Positions 1-12,393 of a stretch of 64,000 bases of DNA are shown piece after piece. The stretch's first letter is position 1. Each line of letters starts with the position of its first letter. The stretch comes from Thiotrichales bacterium (lineage in GTDB: Bacteria; Pseudomonadota; Gammaproteobacteria; UWMA-0217), in NCBI GenBank assembly GCA_050329935.1, contig JBHJOI010000032.1:61350-125349 (forward strand), given 5' to 3'. A program made the position numbers and the translations under genes. The notes below the pieces were generated by a model. The model worked only from the letters and a program-made list of their open reading frames with translations, searched no databases and was not told the origin of the DNA.

Positions 1-448
1 GATCTTCGACCGATGTTCTGACAACGCCCTTGGTCGATGAGACGTGAATGAAAGTGCCGTCACCGACATAGATACCAACATGGTGCGGCGCGAAGACGCC
101 TTCGAAAAAGAGCAGATCTCCGGCGCGCAAGTAGCTCATTTTAATCGCCTGACCGACGGTGCGCTGCTCACGTGCGGTTCGCGGAAGCGCGACGTTGAAC
201 AGTTCCTGATAGGTACGCTGTACATACGCCGAGCAATCGATGCCACTTTGATCGGTGCCTCCTAGGCGATGCGGCACGCCTTGCCAACGGGTAAAGTGTT
301 CGAGCAACGCGGAGTTGACATTAAGACCTCCACGCCAATGGATGGGTGCCGGCGTGGTGTCGATGCGAACAGGCGCGCGGGCGCAACCGCTGCTCGTAAT
401 CACGATAAAAAGCGCTATAATTCCGATGGTTGGAAGGTAAAGCTTCAT
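1..448 (-). CDS. NlpC/P60 (C40) murein DD-endopeptidase lipoprotein, Spr/MepS-like; gene start at 448, 3' end runs off the window
   Basis: Minus-strand translation from the ATG at 448: MKLYLPTIGIIALFIVITSSGC (lipobox), then ...GVPHRLGGTDQSGIDCSAYVQ...HVGIYVGDGTFIHVS, which is close to E. coli Spr. Not in the ORF track because no stop codon lies inside the window. Confidence 0.8.
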   Translation of the reverse strand, partial: MKLYLPTIGIIALFIVITSSGCARAPVRIDTTPAPIHWRGGLNVNSALLEHFTRWQGVPHRLGGTDQSGIDCSAYVQRTYQELFNVALPRTAREQRTVGQAIKMSYLRAGDLLFFEGVFAPHHVGIYVGDGTFIHVSSTKGVVRTSVED

Positions 449-873
449 GGGTCATTAGGATACCACAATGGCGGTTTGTGGTAACGGTCACGAATCCAGT
501 TGAGTGCCCGATAGATGCCAGGCTGGCGAACGAGGCGACGCTCGAGTGGATACTTGCCTGGAAAATCCGATATCGACAACCCAATCAGTATCGTTAGCAA
601 GCCTTGTCCGGGGAGTACCAACATCAACACCCCCGCGGCAATCAGCACGACGGCGAGCGAGTTCTTGGCGACTCGAATCACGTGGTAGCGCACCGGGTGC
701 CGTTGATGCATGCGACTCAAATGCCGTTGGCGATCGACGAAATAGTCCTCCGGTAGACTGATGACCAACCACGGAATCAGTATGATGGAGGCGAGGAACG
801 TGACCACGGAGAGTGTGGCCAACCAATACACCCACGGATTGACGATCTCCCATAATAGCTCGATCGAGTCCAT
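445..873 (-). CDS. small inner-membrane protein (YbaN/DUF454 or PGPGW-like); stop overlaps the start of the downstream NlpC/P60 gene (ATGA)
   Basis: 142-aa ORF with 3-4 predicted TM segments and a ...VLPGQGLL... motif. GC3-rich. 4-bp ATGA overlap with the next gene suggests an operon. Confidence 0.5.
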   Translation of the reverse strand: MDSIELLWEIVNPWVYWLATLSVVTFLASIILIPWLVISLPEDYFVDRQRHLSRMHQRHPVRYHVIRVAKNSLAVVLIAAGVLMLVLPGQGLLTILIGLSISDFPGKYPLERRLVRQPGIYRALNWIRDRYHKPPLWYPNDP

Positions 874-905
874 GTCGCGGGTTTAGTTGGTTCGGCTTTA
901 TTAAT

Positions 906-2366
906 CTAGAGATTAAGTTCCGTCCATAACTGATCGATCCGACGCTTTACGTCGTCACGCATCACAATGGCGCGGCCCCATTCCCGCTGCGTTTCTCCTG
1001 ACCATTTATTGGTGGCGTCCAGGCCCATTTTTGAACCCAAACCTGAAACCGGCGATGCAAAATCGAGGTAATCAATCGGCGTGTTTTCGACGAGTAGCGT
1101 ATCGCGCACGGGATCCATTCGCGTTGTAATCGCCCAAATGACGTCTTTCCAGTCGCGAATGCAGATATCGTCGTCCACGACGATGACGTACTTGGTATAC
1201 ATGAACTGGCGCAAGAAGCTCCATACACCCATCATTACGCGCTTGGCGTGCCCGGGATACTGTTTTTTCATCGCGACCACGGCGAGCCGGTACGAACAGC
1301 CTTCCGGCGGCAGATAAAAATCCGTGATCTCGGGATACTGCTTCTGTAACAACGGAATAAATAGCTCATTCAGCGCGACGCCCAGGATCGCGGGCTCGTC
1401 GGGCGGTCGACCGGTGTACGTCGTATGGTAGATCGGATCTCGACGATGTGTGATGCGCTCGATGGTAAGCACCGGAAATTCGTCTACCTCGTTGTAATAC
1501 CCGGTATGGTCTCCGAACGGGCCCTCCGGTGCCGTGTCGTTAGGGTATATAAAGCCTTCCAGAATCATCTCCGCGGTCGCTGGTACGAGGAGTTCGCTCG
1601 TGCGTGCCTGGGTAAGCTCCGTTTTAGCACCCCGTAATAGACCAGCAAAAGCATGCTCGGACAGGGAATCGGGTACGGGCGTGACGGCAGCCAACGTGGT
1701 CGCCGGATCCGCACCAAGCGCCACCGCGACCGGAAACGGCTCGCCAGGGCGATGTTCACACCATTCGCGGTAATCGAGCGCTCCGCCTCGATGCGCGAGC
1801 CAACGCATGATCACACGATTGCGCCCGATCACTTGTTGGCGATAGATGCCCATGTTTTGGCGCGGTTTGTGCGGTCCCTGGGTGATGACCAAACCCCAGG
1901 TGATCAAGGGTCCCGCGTCGTCCGGCCAGCAGGTTTGGATTGGGTATTGGCGGAGATCGACGTCCGCGGTCGGGATTTCGATCGCCTGACAAGGGGCATC
2001 GGAGACCTTCTTGGGTGCCATATCAAGCACCTTTTTAAAGATCGGAAGCGATTTCCACGCCTCCCTCAGGCCTTTGGGTGGATCGGGTTCCTTGAGAAAG
2101 GCGAGCAAACGACCGATTTCGCGCAGTGCTTCCACGTCCCGCGCGCCCATGCCGAGTGCCACGCGGCGAGGCGTGCCGAATAGGTTTGTCAACACCGGCA
2201 TCGAGTATCCCGTGGGTCGTTCGAACAACAACGCCGGCCCGGCACTGCGCAGCACACGGTCACTAAGCTCGGTCATCTCGAGGTAGGGGTCGACCTCGAC
2301 GCGGATTCGCTTCAGTTCGCCTTCGGCGTCCAGCGCGGCGATGAAACCGCGGAGATCACGGTACAT
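906..2366 (-). CDS. ubiD: 4-hydroxy-3-polyprenylbenzoate decarboxylase UbiD
   Basis: Near full-length match to E. coli UbiD ([21 protein letters not shown]..., ...GLDATNKW...). Start set at the internal Met corresponding to the E. coli N-terminus; the upstream 25 codons of the ORF look spurious. Confidence 0.9.
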   Translation of the reverse strand: MYRDLRGFIAALDAEGELKRIRVEVDPYLEMTELSDRVLRSAGPALLFERPTGYSMPVLTNLFGTPRRVALGMGARDVEALREIGRLLAFLKEPDPPKGLREAWKSLPIFKKVLDMAPKKVSDAPCQAIEIPTADVDLRQYPIQTCWPDDAGPLITWGLVITQGPHKPRQNMGIYRQQVIGRNRVIMRWLAHRGGALDYREWCEHRPGEPFPVAVALGADPATTLAAVTPVPDSLSEHAFAGLLRGAKTELTQARTSELLVPATAEMILEGFIYPNDTAPEGPFGDHTGYYNEVDEFPVLTIERITHRRDPIYHTTYTGRPPDEPAILGVALNELFIPLLQKQYPEITDFYLPPEGCSYRLAVVAMKKQYPGHAKRVMMGVWSFLRQFMYTKYVIVVDDDICIRDWKDVIWAITTRMDPVRDTLLVENTPIDYLDFASPVSGLGSKMGLDATNKWSGETQREWGRAIVMRDDVKRRIDQLWTELNL

Positions 2367-3132
2367 CAACGCGAAACTCCGCGACCACGGGTGCGTGGTC
2401 AGATGGTCGCTCCCATTTGCGCGGCTCGCGGTCGACGCCACTCGAGAGGCAATTCGTGGCCAGTTGCGCGTCGGCGAGTATTAGATCAATTCTCAGGCCC
2501 GCGTTCCGCCGAAAACCCGCGGCGCGATAATCCCACCAGGAGTAAATTGCTTGCGGTTGCTCGAACAAGCGGAATGTGTCGCTTAAGCCGAGGTCCAGAA
2601 TCCGTTGTAGCGCGTCACGCTCAGGTTGCGAACACAGCACGCGACCCGCCCATGACACCGGATCGTAGACGTCGCGGTCGTCGGGCGCGATGTTGAAATC
2701 GCCGAGTACCACATACCGCGGATGGCGTTGCATATCCTGGGCAATGTAGCGTGTAACCGCGTCCATCCACGCTAGCTTGTATTGATATTTGTCGGAGGTG
2801 ACTTCCTGTCCATTGACGACGTATAGATTGAGGATGCGCACACCCATAACGGTCGCGGCGAGTATGCGCCGCTGTGGATCACCCAAGGCCGGAATTTCGG
2901 TCAATACCTCCGAGGGTTCCGAACGGGTGAGCAAGGCAACCCCGTTGTACGTCTTTTGGCCGGAATAAACGCAGTGGTAACCCGCCGCATTGATCTCGGC
3001 GAGTGGAAATGCTTCGTCTGGCAGCTTGGTCTCTTGCAACGCCAAAACATCGGGTCTCGCCGTTTCAAGCCAGTTGAGTACCTGAGGCAGGCGCACCTTA
3101 AGTGAATTGACGTTCCAAGTAGCAATTTTCAT
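2356..3132 (-). CDS. xthA: exodeoxyribonuclease III
   Basis: [11 protein letters not shown]...QETK... EEP-fold AP endonuclease signature; 258 aa. Confidence 0.9.
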   Translation of the reverse strand: MKIATWNVNSLKVRLPQVLNWLETARPDVLALQETKLPDEAFPLAEINAAGYHCVYSGQKTYNGVALLTRSEPSEVLTEIPALGDPQRRILAATVMGVRILNLYVVNGQEVTSDKYQYKLAWMDAVTRYIAQDMQRHPRYVVLGDFNIAPDDRDVYDPVSWAGRVLCSQPERDALQRILDLGLSDTFRLFEQPQAIYSWWDYRAAGFRRNAGLRIDLILADAQLATNCLSSGVDREPRKWERPSDHAPVVAEFRVDVP

Positions 3133-3148
3133 GGTTTATTTAAGTGGG

Positions 3149-5185
3149 CTATTGGATACCAGTGTCGGTCAGGAGTGCTGTTTCCGAGGGTGGACGACCT
3201 GCAAACGCCACGAAATTCGCCATCGCCGCGCGAGAAGCGCCCGTTTCTAGAATCTCGGTTGCGAAGCGCTGACCTACGTCCGAACTAACATAGCCGTTGG
3301 TTGCGAAAAAGGAGAACGCGTCGGCGGAAAGGACCTCGGCCCATTTGTAGGAATAATATGCGCAGGCGTATCCGCCGCTGAATATATGCGTAAATGAGTT
3401 GGCGAAGCGATTATAAGCGGGTGGTGGAATCACGGCGGTTTTCGAGCGTACGGACGCGAGGATTTCTTCGAGGCGTGAACCGGTCGCCGGATCGTATTCG
3501 GCATGTAGTCGGAGATCAAACAACGCGAATTCGAGCTGCCGCATGAACTGCAGTCCGGTTTGAAATCGTTTCAGGCTACGAATTCGATCCAACAGGGTAT
3601 CAGGCATGCTTTCGCCACGCTCGACATGACTGGAGATCAGATCCAACCCGGCTCGGTGCCAACACCAGTTCTCCATCCATTGGCTAGGCAATTCAACGGC
3701 ATCCCACTCGACACCGTTGATTCCTGCGATGCTGGGATAATCAACCCGCGTCATTAAATGATGCAAGCCGTGACCAAACTCGTGAAATAGTGTTATGACC
3801 TCTTCATGACTCAGCATCGCGGGTTTCCCGGCCAAGGGCGGGGCTGCGTTACACGTGAGGTAAGCAACGGGTGTGATTGTCTCGTCGCCGATATGCATCC
3901 TGCCAACGCACACGTCCATCCAGGCACCAGAGCGTTTGCTTGGGCGCGTGTACATATCTAGATAGAACTGTCCCCGAAGCGTCCCCTTGCTATCAGTCAT
4001 TGAAAAGAATCGCACGTCTGGATGCCAGACCTCGATTTGGTTTCGTTCTTTGATGGTCACGCCGAATAGTCGCTGAATCAACGTGAACAGGCCGGAGATG
4101 ACGCGTTCCAGCGGGAAGTATTGCCTGAGTGCTTCCTGCGATATTTCCAACTTTAGTTGTTTGAACCGTTCGGTAACGAAGAGTACATCCCAGGGTTCGA
4201 GACTAAAATGAAATTCAAGCGTTTCGTGAGCAAAGTGCTCGAGGTCCGCTATTTCCAAGATCGCCCTGGGTCGTGCCTTTGATATAAAATTATCAATAAA
4301 ATCATATAGGTGTGAATATTTCTCGGCCATTTTGGTGACCAAGGAATATTCTGCGAAGTTTTCATATTCAAGAATGGTTGCCTGTTCATGGCGCAGTGCA
4401 AGTATTTCTTCGATTAGCGGTCTATTATCCCAACTTCGGTTCGCGTACTGGTCGGATGCGCGCGTGGTGTAGGCTTGATAAACGGACTCCCTCAAGCTCC
4501 GCGATTCTGCGTAGGTGAGGACGGCGATATAGATCGGAAAATCGAGCGTTATGACATATCCGCTCAAACCCCGAAGTTTCGCGGCGGCGGCTATTTGCGC
4601 AATTGCTGAATCGGGCAATCCGCGTAGCGCGTCCAGAGTGACTGAGAGCGTCCAGGATTGCGTGGCGTCGAGTACGTTGTCGGCGAAAAGAGCGGAGAGT
4701 TCCGACAGACGCTTGGCTATTTGTTTTAATCTGTGTTGCGCGTGATCGGGTAGATCAACGCCCGCCAGATGGAAGTCGCGTATTGCGTTTGTGATGAGCT
4801 TCACGCGTGGGGGCGACGCTGTCGTCATTTCTTCCGAATCGGCGAGCTTGCAGTACGCGTTGTATAGTGCGCGATTTTGAGCCATTTCGGTCGCATATTC
4901 GCTTAACTTCGGCGTACAGCGATTAAATGCCTCCCGCCAGGCATCGCTGTTTTTCACGGCGTTCAAATGGCGAATGGTTGACCACACCTTCGCCAATCGA
5001 TGCTCCATACGTTCAATAGGGTCAATCAAGCTTGACCACGTATAGTCATCTTGTTCCAGTAATACACGCACCCGATCTCGGTTCTCGGAAAGTACGTGGT
5101 CGATGGCGGGCTCGACGTGGGACGATTCGATCGAGTTGAATCGTGGCAAACAATCATCGAACAACAACGGATTTGTGGTATTCAC
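3149..5185 (-). CDS. prlC: oligopeptidase A (M3 metallopeptidase)
   Basis: 678 aa with the HEFGH zinc motif (LFHEFGHGLHH), the same length as E. coli PrlC. Confidence 0.9.
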   Translation of the reverse strand: MNTTNPLLFDDCLPRFNSIESSHVEPAIDHVLSENRDRVRVLLEQDDYTWSSLIDPIERMEHRLAKVWSTIRHLNAVKNSDAWREAFNRCTPKLSEYATEMAQNRALYNAYCKLADSEEMTTASPPRVKLITNAIRDFHLAGVDLPDHAQHRLKQIAKRLSELSALFADNVLDATQSWTLSVTLDALRGLPDSAIAQIAAAAKLRGLSGYVITLDFPIYIAVLTYAESRSLRESVYQAYTTRASDQYANRSWDNRPLIEEILALRHEQATILEYENFAEYSLVTKMAEKYSHLYDFIDNFISKARPRAILEIADLEHFAHETLEFHFSLEPWDVLFVTERFKQLKLEISQEALRQYFPLERVISGLFTLIQRLFGVTIKERNQIEVWHPDVRFFSMTDSKGTLRGQFYLDMYTRPSKRSGAWMDVCVGRMHIGDETITPVAYLTCNAAPPLAGKPAMLSHEEVITLFHEFGHGLHHLMTRVDYPSIAGINGVEWDAVELPSQWMENWCWHRAGLDLISSHVERGESMPDTLLDRIRSLKRFQTGLQFMRQLEFALFDLRLHAEYDPATGSRLEEILASVRSKTAVIPPPAYNRFANSFTHIFSGGYACAYYSYKWAEVLSADAFSFFATNGYVSSDVGQRFATEILETGASRAAMANFVAFAGRPPSETALLTDTGIQ

Positions 5186-5372
5186 CGCTCGACCAATCCT
5201 CTCATACTGTCCGCGACTCAGATAAAGCGAATATCACGTATAAGGTCTGCATACCATCAGTCACTCGTCGTTTAGCATCATCTAGTGTCACGCGAGAACT
5301 AGTGTGTTGGTTTCTACCCACGGGACGGTACGATTCGCTTTTTGCTGAATGAACGACGTGTTCCGTCATAAC

Positions 5373-7808
<2,436 letters not shown>

Positions 7809-7817
7809 TTAACCGGC

Positions 7818-8894
7818 CTAGTATATCACCTCGCTGACGCGACCTTGTTCCACGTGGAACATCTTGACGTTGCGGAACTCATCGAGCCACTCGCTTCGCT
7901 CTCTTGTACTTGTTAACAGAATCTGCGCCGGGAAAGAAGCCAAATAGCTCATAACCTGTTTAAAGCGCTCGCTGTCAAACTCCGACTCAATATCATCAAG
8001 AAGTAATACCGGCCAGTAACCTTGATCGTACGCAAATAACTTCGCCTGTGCTAATAGCCAAACAACGACCAATTGCCTCTGCTGCCCTCTAGAATTCGTA
8101 GTAGCGGGTAGGCCGTCCTGCTTTATTATTAAATCCGCTCGGTGAGGCCCAAACCGCGTGAATCCAATTTTTCGATCGCCTTCGATCTCAGCATCAAGAA
8201 GCACCCCTAGGTCTCTATCGACCGACCAGCCCTGCATAATCTCTAAAGCCGAAGATTCCCGAACGCTCATTTTATCAATAACCTCCGACATCAACGCCCC
8301 AAGCTGCCGGATGTACTCTCTCCGGATTCGCGTAATCTCCTTTGCCGAGTTCGCGAGTACCGACGACCATACCGAAATCTCACGATCCGAACCTCCGTTG
8401 CGCAGCAGCGCGTTCCTTTGACTAAGACCCCGCTTATACTCTCCCCAATAGGAGAAGAACTCCGGCTTAAAATAAAAGCAACCCCAATCGAGATGTTTCC
8501 TTCGGACTTCCGGCGGACCGGAAACTAGCCCTAACGAGCTAGGATCGAATAGAAGGGTCGGAAGTAGTCGGGACAGAAGCGATAGCTTTCGAACAGGTTC
8601 GTGGTTGTGCTTCGCAGAGATTTTCGTTACAGACCTCTCAACGCCAATCTTGTCACGCACACCATCCCGGTCAACTTCGCCAAAAACCGACATCGACTTA
8701 CAACCAAACCGGATAAGCTCCCGTTGTTGATGCGTACGAAAGGATCGAGCCCGCCCAAGGATCTCGATAGCTTCCAGAATCGTTGTTTTCCCAGAGGCAT
8801 TCGCACCGCTCAGGTAGTTAAGTCCGGGGCATAAATCCAATTCCCCTAAAACTATACGTCGAAGGTTCTCGATCCGGGTCCGGACCACGTACAT
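7818..8894 (-). CDS. recF: DNA replication and repair protein RecF
   Basis: 358 aa; Walker A GANASGKTT; conserved dnaA-dnaN-recF-gyrB order. Confidence 0.95.
   Translation of the reverse strand: MYVVRTRIENLRRIVLGELDLCPGLNYLSGANASGKTTILEAIEILGRARSFRTHQQRELIRFGCKSMSVFGEVDRDGVRDKIGVERSVTKISAKHNHEPVRKLSLLSRLLPTLLFDPSSLGLVSGPPEVRRKHLDWGCFYFKPEFFSYWGEYKRGLSQRNALLRNGGSDREISVWSSVLANSAKEITRIRREYIRQLGALMSEVIDKMSVRESSALEIMQGWSVDRDLGVLLDAEIEGDRKIGFTRFGPHRADLIIKQDGLPATTNSRGQQRQLVVVWLLAQAKLFAYDQGYWPVLLLDDIESEFDSERFKQVMSYLASFPAQILLTSTRERSEWLDEFRNVKMFHVEQGRVSEVIY
7846..7861. promoter_or_regulatory. parS centromere-like site (TGTTCCACGTGGAACA), perfect 16-bp palindrome inside the recF 3' coding end
   Basis: Exact match to the ParB-binding parS consensus of Pseudomonas-type genomes. 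The parAB genes are at 18.0-19.7 kb. Confidence 0.7.
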
Positions 8895-8906
8895 TGCTCT
8901 TGACGA

Positions 8907-10007
8907 TCAGAGCCGCATCGGCATGATCACGAAACGAGAACCGCCAGACGTCGGATCGGAAACTAGCATACTGCTGTTCGGATCTTTTAAATCTATTGTC
9001 ACTCGTTCTGACTCGATAACGTTTAGTACATCTAGAAGATATTGAACATTAAATCCAACTTCCATCGCTTCACCGTCGTAGTCAACTTCGAACGTTTCCT
9101 CGGCTTGTTCTTGTTCCGCGTTATGCGCTTCAAGTTTCGCAAGTCCGTCTGACAGATGTAATCGAACTCCGCGGTATCTCTCGTTCGACAAAATGGATAC
9201 GCGTTGCAACGCGTCCTTGAGCGCCCTCTTCTCGGTAGTAAGCCGGTGTGGGAGATCCGTAGGAATGACGCGTTCATAGTCTGGAAACCTCGCGTCAATG
9301 AGTTTCGACGTGAACTCTATCGTCGGGGTACAAATTCTTATATGTTGAGCGGTAAGTTCTAGTGTCACTTCTGCGCCGAAATCAGACGCCAAGCGCTGAA
9401 TCTCTAGGACACCTTTGCGCGGCACTATAACTTGCTGCGTCTCTACGACATCGAACTGTCCGTCAAATTGATTTATCGAAAGCCGATGTCCGTCTGTCGC
9501 AACGACGGTCAGTCGCTGTCGTTCGACTTTAATCAGCAATCCGTTTAGGTAATAGCGAACATCCTGGTTTGCCATTGCGAATGCTGTCCGTGCCAACAGC
9601 ATCAGAAAATCATGTGTACTCAGGCGAATCGCGGTTGAATCGTGCGAACTTTCTAAGATCGGAAAGTCGTTTGCCGCCAAGCAAGCCAACGAAAACCGAC
9701 TACGGCCCGCGGCAAGAGAAGCCTTACCCTCGGTAAACGAAATCGTTATGCCACTCCCTTCCGGTAACGACTTGCAAATGTCCAACAACTTTCGTCCCGG
9801 TAACAGCGCGTTGAATCGATCACCTTCAAGGTACGGAACATGGGATCGTAACATGATCTCAAGATCGGTTCCGGTCAGTGTGATGCCATTGTCCGATACC
9901 TCAAACAATACATGCGCGAGTGCTGGCATAGTGTTCCGCTTCTCGACCGCACCCATAATCTTCTGCAACCCGTCAAGCAACTGACTTCGGTCGACTTTCA
10001 CTTTCAT
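8907..10007 (-). CDS. dnaN: DNA polymerase III beta sliding clamp
   Basis: 366 aa, MKVKVDRSQLL..., typical DnaN. Confidence 0.95.
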   Translation of the reverse strand: MKVKVDRSQLLDGLQKIMGAVEKRNTMPALAHVLFEVSDNGITLTGTDLEIMLRSHVPYLEGDRFNALLPGRKLLDICKSLPEGSGITISFTEGKASLAAGRSRFSLACLAANDFPILESSHDSTAIRLSTHDFLMLLARTAFAMANQDVRYYLNGLLIKVERQRLTVVATDGHRLSINQFDGQFDVVETQQVIVPRKGVLEIQRLASDFGAEVTLELTAQHIRICTPTIEFTSKLIDARFPDYERVIPTDLPHRLTTEKRALKDALQRVSILSNERYRGVRLHLSDGLAKLEAHNAEQEQAEETFEVDYDGEAMEVGFNVQYLLDVLNVIESERVTIDLKDPNSSMLVSDPTSGGSRFVIMPMRL

Positions 10008-10263
10008 CGCATTATTCCTGCTAACCGAACCAATTATATAAAGCTACTTTATATATCTAATTACTATATTAATAAGGTCGTTGCCGCGCTGGGTATAAGC
10101 CATTTAAACCTCTATTTTTCATTCAGTTACAACTCGCAAAAGTGCGTCGATCTCTTGTTCGTAACGCATTTCGAACCGTTGTACAGTATGTGGATAAGTC
10201 ACGGATCATCTCACGCGACGCGATTATCCCTTTCTTGCCCATACCTTATCCACAGGAAAATCA
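10008..10263. other. candidate oriC (dnaA-dnaN intergenic): DnaA boxes plus an AT-rich unwinding element
   Basis: Perfect TGTGGATAA at 10181-10189 and perfect TTATCCACA at 10238-10246. Weaker boxes at about 10085 and 10215. A strongly AT-rich tract at 10019-10115 abuts the dnaN start. Confidence 0.5.
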
Positions 10264-11628
10264 TCAGTGCGAGAGCGTACGCTGGAGAATGCGGTAGTCT
10301 TCCTCGATCCGCGGATCTTCCTCGCGTAGTTGAACCACTTTCTTGCAAGCATGAAGTACCGTGGTGTGGTCGCGGCCACCAAAAAACTGACCAATCTCTG
10401 GCAAGCTATGATTGGTGAACTCCTTCGACAACGCCATCGCAATCTGTCGCGGCCGTGCAAGCGAACGGCTTCGCCGATTCGAGAGCAAATCGCTCAACCG
10501 AATTTTGTAGTACTCCGCGACCGTACGCTGGATGTTCTCGACGCTCACTAGCCGCTCTTGCAATGCCAACACGTCCCGCAGCGCTTCTTTCGCGAACTCG
10601 AGATCAATTGACTGTCCGGTCAAACGAGCATTCGCGACAACGCGCCGAAGCGCGCCCTCGAGTTCTCGTACGTTTGAACGGATTCGCTTGGCGATGAAAA
10701 AAGCAACCTCTGAGGGCAAATCGAACTGATTCTCATCTGCTTTCTTTTGAAGAATTGCTACTCTCGTCTCGAGCTCAGGAGGCTCTATCGCAACCGTAAG
10801 ACCCCAACCAAAACGCGACTTTAGGCGCTCCTCCAATCCATCGACCTCCTTGGGATAGCGATCCGAGGTAAGTATGACCTGTTGTTGACCTTCGAGTAGC
10901 GCGTTAAACGTGTGAAAAAACTCCTCCTGCGAACGTTCCTTGCCGGCGAAGAACTGGATGTCGTCGATCAACAGTGCATTTAGTGATCGATAGTGACGCT
11001 TGAAGCGATCGATCGCATTGTGTTGAAGTGCCTTGATCATATCTTGGACGAACCGTTCGGAATGGAGGTAAACCACCTTGGCTTGCGGGTTTCTCTCGAG
11101 TATTTGGTTACCTACCGCGTGCATCAAGTGCGTTTTCCCGAGACCCACGCCACCATAGATGAACAGGGGGTTGTAAGCCTTTCCAACCGAGTCCGCGACT
11201 TGTTGAGCCGCTGCGCGCGCGAGTTGGTTCGATTTCCCCTGGACGAAATTGGAGAAATGGAACGCCGCGTTGAGATTGTTCGAAAAACCGCTACTCATGG
11301 GCGCGCTTTCTATCCGTCCGCTAGCACTCGCCTCGCGCTGGTCATATGTGAGCTTTGGCGGATTACTGGTTGTTGTGCTCGTCGCAGGCGGGGAACCGAT
11401 CTCCAAAACCGCACGGTAAGCTGCGTCTCCAGTGATTTCGAGCAGCAGCTCCCCTATCCTGTGTAGGTAGTGCTCTCTTACCCAATCGAGTACAAACCGG
11501 TTCGGCGCGAATAGCCGAATCAAGCGCTTATCGATGATCGGCTGCAAGGGACGAATCCAAGTATTGATTTCCTGGTCACTCAACTCGCTTTCGAGCAGCC
11601 GTGCACAATGCTGCCAGAGTGTACTCAT
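10264..11628 (-). CDS. dnaA: chromosomal replication initiator DnaA
   Basis: 454 aa; AAA+ Walker [11 protein letters not shown]; C-terminal DNA-binding domain. Confidence 0.97.
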   Translation of the reverse strand: MSTLWQHCARLLESELSDQEINTWIRPLQPIIDKRLIRLFAPNRFVLDWVREHYLHRIGELLLEITGDAAYRAVLEIGSPPATSTTTSNPPKLTYDQREASASGRIESAPMSSGFSNNLNAAFHFSNFVQGKSNQLARAAAQQVADSVGKAYNPLFIYGGVGLGKTHLMHAVGNQILERNPQAKVVYLHSERFVQDMIKALQHNAIDRFKRHYRSLNALLIDDIQFFAGKERSQEEFFHTFNALLEGQQQVILTSDRYPKEVDGLEERLKSRFGWGLTVAIEPPELETRVAILQKKADENQFDLPSEVAFFIAKRIRSNVRELEGALRRVVANARLTGQSIDLEFAKEALRDVLALQERLVSVENIQRTVAEYYKIRLSDLLSNRRSRSLARPRQIAMALSKEFTNHSLPEIGQFFGGRDHTTVLHACKKVVQLREEDPRIEEDYRILQRTLSH

Positions 11629-11732
11629 AGATTTCGTTTGGATTGCGACAAGGCTTCAGAATCCGTCACTATACACAACAAGTTGCGACCTCGCGACGGG
11701 AGACAATCACGGCTTGAACTCATACTAGCCGA

Positions 11733-11760
11733 TTGACAAACGTCGATCGTGGCGTTAACT
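11733..11760 (+). promoter_or_regulatory. sigma70-like promoter for rpmH-rnpA (TTGACA-16-TTAACT)
   Basis: TTGACA at 11733-11738 and TTAACT at 11755-11760. A DnaA-box-like CTATACACA (8/9) lies upstream at 11669-11677. Confidence 0.5.
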
Positions 11761-11813
11761 TCGCGAGCCTTTTGAGTCAGTCTCAAGAACATCCCGAATC
11801 GAGGAACACGCAG

Positions 11814-11948
11814 ATGAAACGCACCTTTCAACCGAGCAACCTGCACCGCGCCCGCACCCATGGGTTCCGCGCACGTATGCGTACCGTTGGTGGCCGCAAG
11901 GTTATCAGTGCTCGTCGAGCCAAAGGGCGCGCCCGTCTTACCCCTTAA
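11814..11948 (+). CDS. rpmH: 50S ribosomal protein L34
   Basis: [52 protein letters not shown] upstream. Internal start within the longer listed ORF. Confidence 0.95.
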   Translation: MKRTFQPSNLHRARTHGFRARMRTVGGRKVISARRAKGRARLTP

Positions 11949-11985
11949 CGGTTGTATCGCTGAGACGGAAAATCGATTCATCGAT

Positions 11986-12375
11986 TTGAAATATCCGCGC
12001 TCGACGCGCTTAACCACAGCAGGCGCGTATCGTCGCGTATTCTCCGAACCCCCGTACGTTTCGAGAAACCGCGGCTGGACCATACTTAGCACGCCCGGCG
12101 AGCAGACTCACGCGCGTCTGGGAATAGTGGTAGCTAAGCGAAAAGTACGGCGCGCCGTGGACCGGAATCGACTCAAACGCCTTGTACGGGAGTCGTTCCG
12201 GGTGAACGTAGCTCAACTGCCGGATTGGGATATCGTTATCCTGATACAGACCGCCGCCAACACCATGAAAAATGATGATTTCGTTCAACGATTGTCGCGT
12301 GAATGGGCTAAGCTGAGTCGCGCCGCAAACCACGCCGAGGCGATCGTACCATCGCGAGCCTCACCTGAATCCTGA
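11986..12375 (+). CDS. rnpA: ribonuclease P protein component
   Basis: ...YPRSTRLTTAGAYRRVF...RLGIVVAKRKVRRAVDRNRLKRL... aligns to RnpA. Probable TTG start at 11986; the listed ORF starts further upstream inside rpmH. Confidence 0.8.
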   Translation: MKYPRSTRLTTAGAYRRVFSEPPYVSRNRGWTILSTPGEQTHARLGIVVAKRKVRRAVDRNRLKRLVRESFRVNVAQLPDWDIVILIQTAANTMKNDDFVQRLSREWAKLSRAANHAEAIVPSRASPES

Positions 12376-12393
12376 ACACAGGCAGTAGTCAGT

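Noticed and set aside
44-265. 73-aa plus-strand ORF at the window start
   Set aside because: It is antisense to the clearly homologous NlpC/P60 (Spr-like) coding sequence on the minus strand.
2366-2441. Upstream 25-codon extension of ubiD ([14 protein letters not shown]...), with similar upstream extensions in the listed ORFs for parB, secB, glnA, atpD, proC, yggS, pilT and ntrB
   Set aside because: Alignment to well-characterised orthologues and the positions of SD sequences support the internal starts. The extensions overlap upstream genes or regulatory elements.
5351-5363. GAACGACGTGTTC near-palindrome after gyrB, considered as a terminator or a parS-like site
   Set aside because: Only a 4-5 bp stem, no T-tract, and the half-site orientation is the reverse of parS (GGAAC...GTTCC).
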